Assembly (NCBI GenBank): GCA_032718475.1
Contig: JAUCBJ010006673.1
Location: 1-55,807, forward strand
Direction of reading: 5' to 3'
Source of the DNA: Nemertoderma westbladi
Lineage: Eukaryota > Animalia > Xenacoelomorpha
Length of the DNA stretch: 55,807 nucleotides
The first letter of the stretch is position 1. The number at the start of each line of letters is the position of its first letter. Shown piece after piece: positions 53,319 through 55,807 of this stretch. The translations under genes were made by a program, and so were the position numbers. The notes beneath the pieces were generated by a model that did no database searches, was not told the DNA's origin, and saw nothing but the letters and a program-made list of their open reading frames with translations.

Positions 53319-55807
53319 ATCGGTGGATGTGCACGCTAGCGATAAGTACGGGTCTACGGCCTTGTTATGGGCGTGTCGACGGGGTCATGTCGAATGCGCT
53401 CGAGCGCTACTAGAGGGCGGTGCGACGGTAGACGCGATCGGGATGCACGGATGGACACCGCTGATCGCGGCTACGCGCGTTGGCAACGCGGCCTTAGTCG
53501 CGCTGTTGCTAGGTTACCGACCCAACGTGAACACGCGCGACCGCCGCGGTGCTACTGCCGTGTTCCCGGCGTGTCGCCGAGGATCCCTCGAGATTCTGCG
53601 ACTTCTCGTCTCTCATAAACCCTACCTGGACGTCACCAACGGCGCGGGTAACACGCCGCTGTTACTAGCGGCGCGCGGGGGGCATAGCGAGGTGGTGAGA
53701 CTGCTCCTGAGTCAGAACCGAGTCGACGTGAACAAACCGGGAAAGGAAGGGAAAACTCCGCTGTACACGGCGGTAGAGAGGAAACACATCGGGATCGTCG
53801 AGCAACTCCTGGAGTCGGGAGCCAACGTCGACGTATTTTGCGACGCCGGGGAAACGCCGTTGATTAAAGCGACGCGAATCGGCAATGAGAGGATCGTAGC
53901 TGCGTTGCTAGGTAACGGGGCGCGGGTGTCGCTTAGCGACCGACGCGGTGATACCGCCGTGCACATTGCGGTCCGCGGCGGGATGCAGACCGTCGTTGAG
54001 TTGCTTCTCTCGAACCCGCGGAATGGACGACTCCTCTACCGACCCAACAAACTCGGCGAGATCCCCTACAGGATGAACGCATCGCTGCCTCGCTCTGTCC
54101 TCGGTAACATATTCGGGGTATCCCGTAGCAACGCCGACGCTACCGACCGGTTGCTAGGCTACGATCTGTACTCGAGTTCGGTGGCGGACTTCCTCTCCGA
54201 GCCGGGACTCGTCACTCCTATCACCGTGGCTCTCTACGCGAGTTGGACTTCTGGGAAGAATCGGTTGCTCAACAACCTCACCGAGGATATGCGGGTGTTC
54301 GCCAGTCAGGGGGACCTGGAGTTGCTGAAGTTCTCCTGGTCTGTGGTCGCTGTAGTGACGTCATTGAGTCTTGTCGTCGGTCTTCTTACTTTCGCGGCTT
54401 GCGGTGCGGATTACCGTTACGGGTTACTGGCGGCGAGTGTGTTCGCGTTGGTGGTCTCACTCGTGTTGGCGATGGTCTGTGCTGGCGCGGAGCGCGCCGA
54501 ATGGCCCTGGGCGGTGACCTCGTCGCTGTGGCTGCGTCGACGCTGTGATCGTTTCGGTCTCGCCGCTTCCGTGGCGTTCCGTCGACCGGGACCTCCGTCT
54601 GCCCATCCCAGTCCGTCCGACCGACCCATCCGCTACTTGTTCGCCCGTAGAGCCGCCACCTACTCCGGCTCCGGGGAGGCCACCGTGGCCCGTCTAATCG
54701 CCACTCTACTCGACGTTTTAGAAAGCAACTTCGGTCTTATTGCCTGTCGTATATTCGCCGCCCTTCGTTCCAGAACTAAAACCAACGCAGATGACGGAGG
54801 TTACTCCTGTGAACAGTATTCTAGAACGCGTTGCTATTGCCTTCTCCCTAATATTGTTTGGGTTTTACTAATTGCTATATTTTTATTCGCTACTGCGGCT
54901 CTACTAACTGCTTATATATTCGTAGACTCGTCTTCTGTTCTTATCTTTCTTAAAGGTTTCTCCATCTCTCTGTTCGCACTACTCCTCTCCTTCTCTTGGC
55001 CTCTCGGTAAGTTTATTTACTCACTTTGTTACTCGGAGTCCCGCCGTATTCGGGACTTCCCGGAATCCGCTTCCGGTGGTCTCTCCCCGGACGACGGACT
55101 GCTCGCTCTCCTCCGGGACCAGGTCCAGTTCATCTCGGAGTTGGTCCGACTCATCGACGGGTTCGGGAGCCAGCAGAGTCGGCTTGTCCTCGTCGTCGAC
55201 CAATTGGACGCGAGCGGACCCGAGCATCTGATGGGCGTGCTGGACGCGGTGCATCAGCTGTTCGGTTGCCTAGCGACCGGTCCCTTTGTGGTCGTCGTCT
55301 CGGTTGACCCCAGGGTTGTGGTCCGCGCCGTGGAGCAGGGCCTCCCCTCGCGGCTCGCCCCTTACTTATCCGGATACTCTTACCTGCGTAACATCGTCCA
55401 CCTCCCCTTCTATTTGAAGGATCATCCGGTTGAACGAAGGCCGAACCGCCGCAAATATTCATCGATTAAAGGGAATCTCCCGAAGGACTCTGCCAACCGG
55501 AGGTTCTCCGAAGCCGGGTTGAGTCGTTCCTGCAGCGTGTCGCTCGTCGACATATCCAAAGTTCTCGAGGGTAACGACTTCTACTCGGAGGTGGGGCCGC
55601 ACAATCTCCGACGTATGGCCAACTCGGTAGCGATCACTGGCCGACTGCTGCGCGCTTACAACGTGTCCTTCGACTGGGAGCGCCTCGCCTCCTGGGTACA
55701 TCTCGTCGAGAAGTGGCCATACAAGGTCTCCTGGTTGGTCTACGTCTGGATGGAGGGGAGCACCCCGGACGGGACCACACTGAAGGAACTCTACGAGTCG
55801 GTGGCGG
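53319..55807 (+). CDS. KIDINS220: KIDINS220 exon 4 (partial; ankyrin repeats, KAP NTPase with inserted TM segments), open to the window end
   Basis: Acceptor ttttag|A. Translates SDKYGSTALLWACRRGHVEC, GETPLIKATR, LLLSNPRNGRLLYRPNKLGEIPY, LGYDLYSSSVADFLSEP, LYASWTSGKN, hydrophobic TM pairs, RLVLVVDQLDAS, GYSYLRNIVHLPFYL and ITGRLLRAYNVSFDWERLASWVHLVEKWPY. All are diagnostic of Kidins220. Missing from the ORF track because there is no stop in the window. Confidence 0.95.

Overview
Eukaryotic (invertebrate animal-like) genomic DNA, not prokaryotic. The window holds the 5' part of a + strand KIDINS220/ARMS gene (ankyrin repeats, transmembrane segments, KAP P-loop NTPase). Four exons can be reconstructed with consistent splice phases: 6191-6343, 8233-8383, 52461-52629 and 53319 to beyond 55807. 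Its ~44 kb second intron begins with a ~31.3 kb tandem array of ~760 copies of a 41-bp unit. That unit is a copy of the gene's own exon-2 3' end plus the 5' splice site (AG|GTAAGT), so the intron carries hundreds of consensus donor/U1 sites. The only donor that keeps the frame open is the first, non-consensus one (GTTAGT). The same intron contains a complete, intronless, same-strand ASK1-family MAP3K gene (1301 aa), two 5'-truncated CR1/L2-group LINEs, an RTE-like relic and a foldback/MULE-like element with a 9-bp TSD. Other features are a DINE/HINE-like inverted-repeat element and several smaller minisatellites. The long minus-strand ORFs inside the array are repeat artefacts. Protein identifications rest on recalled motifs, not on database searches.
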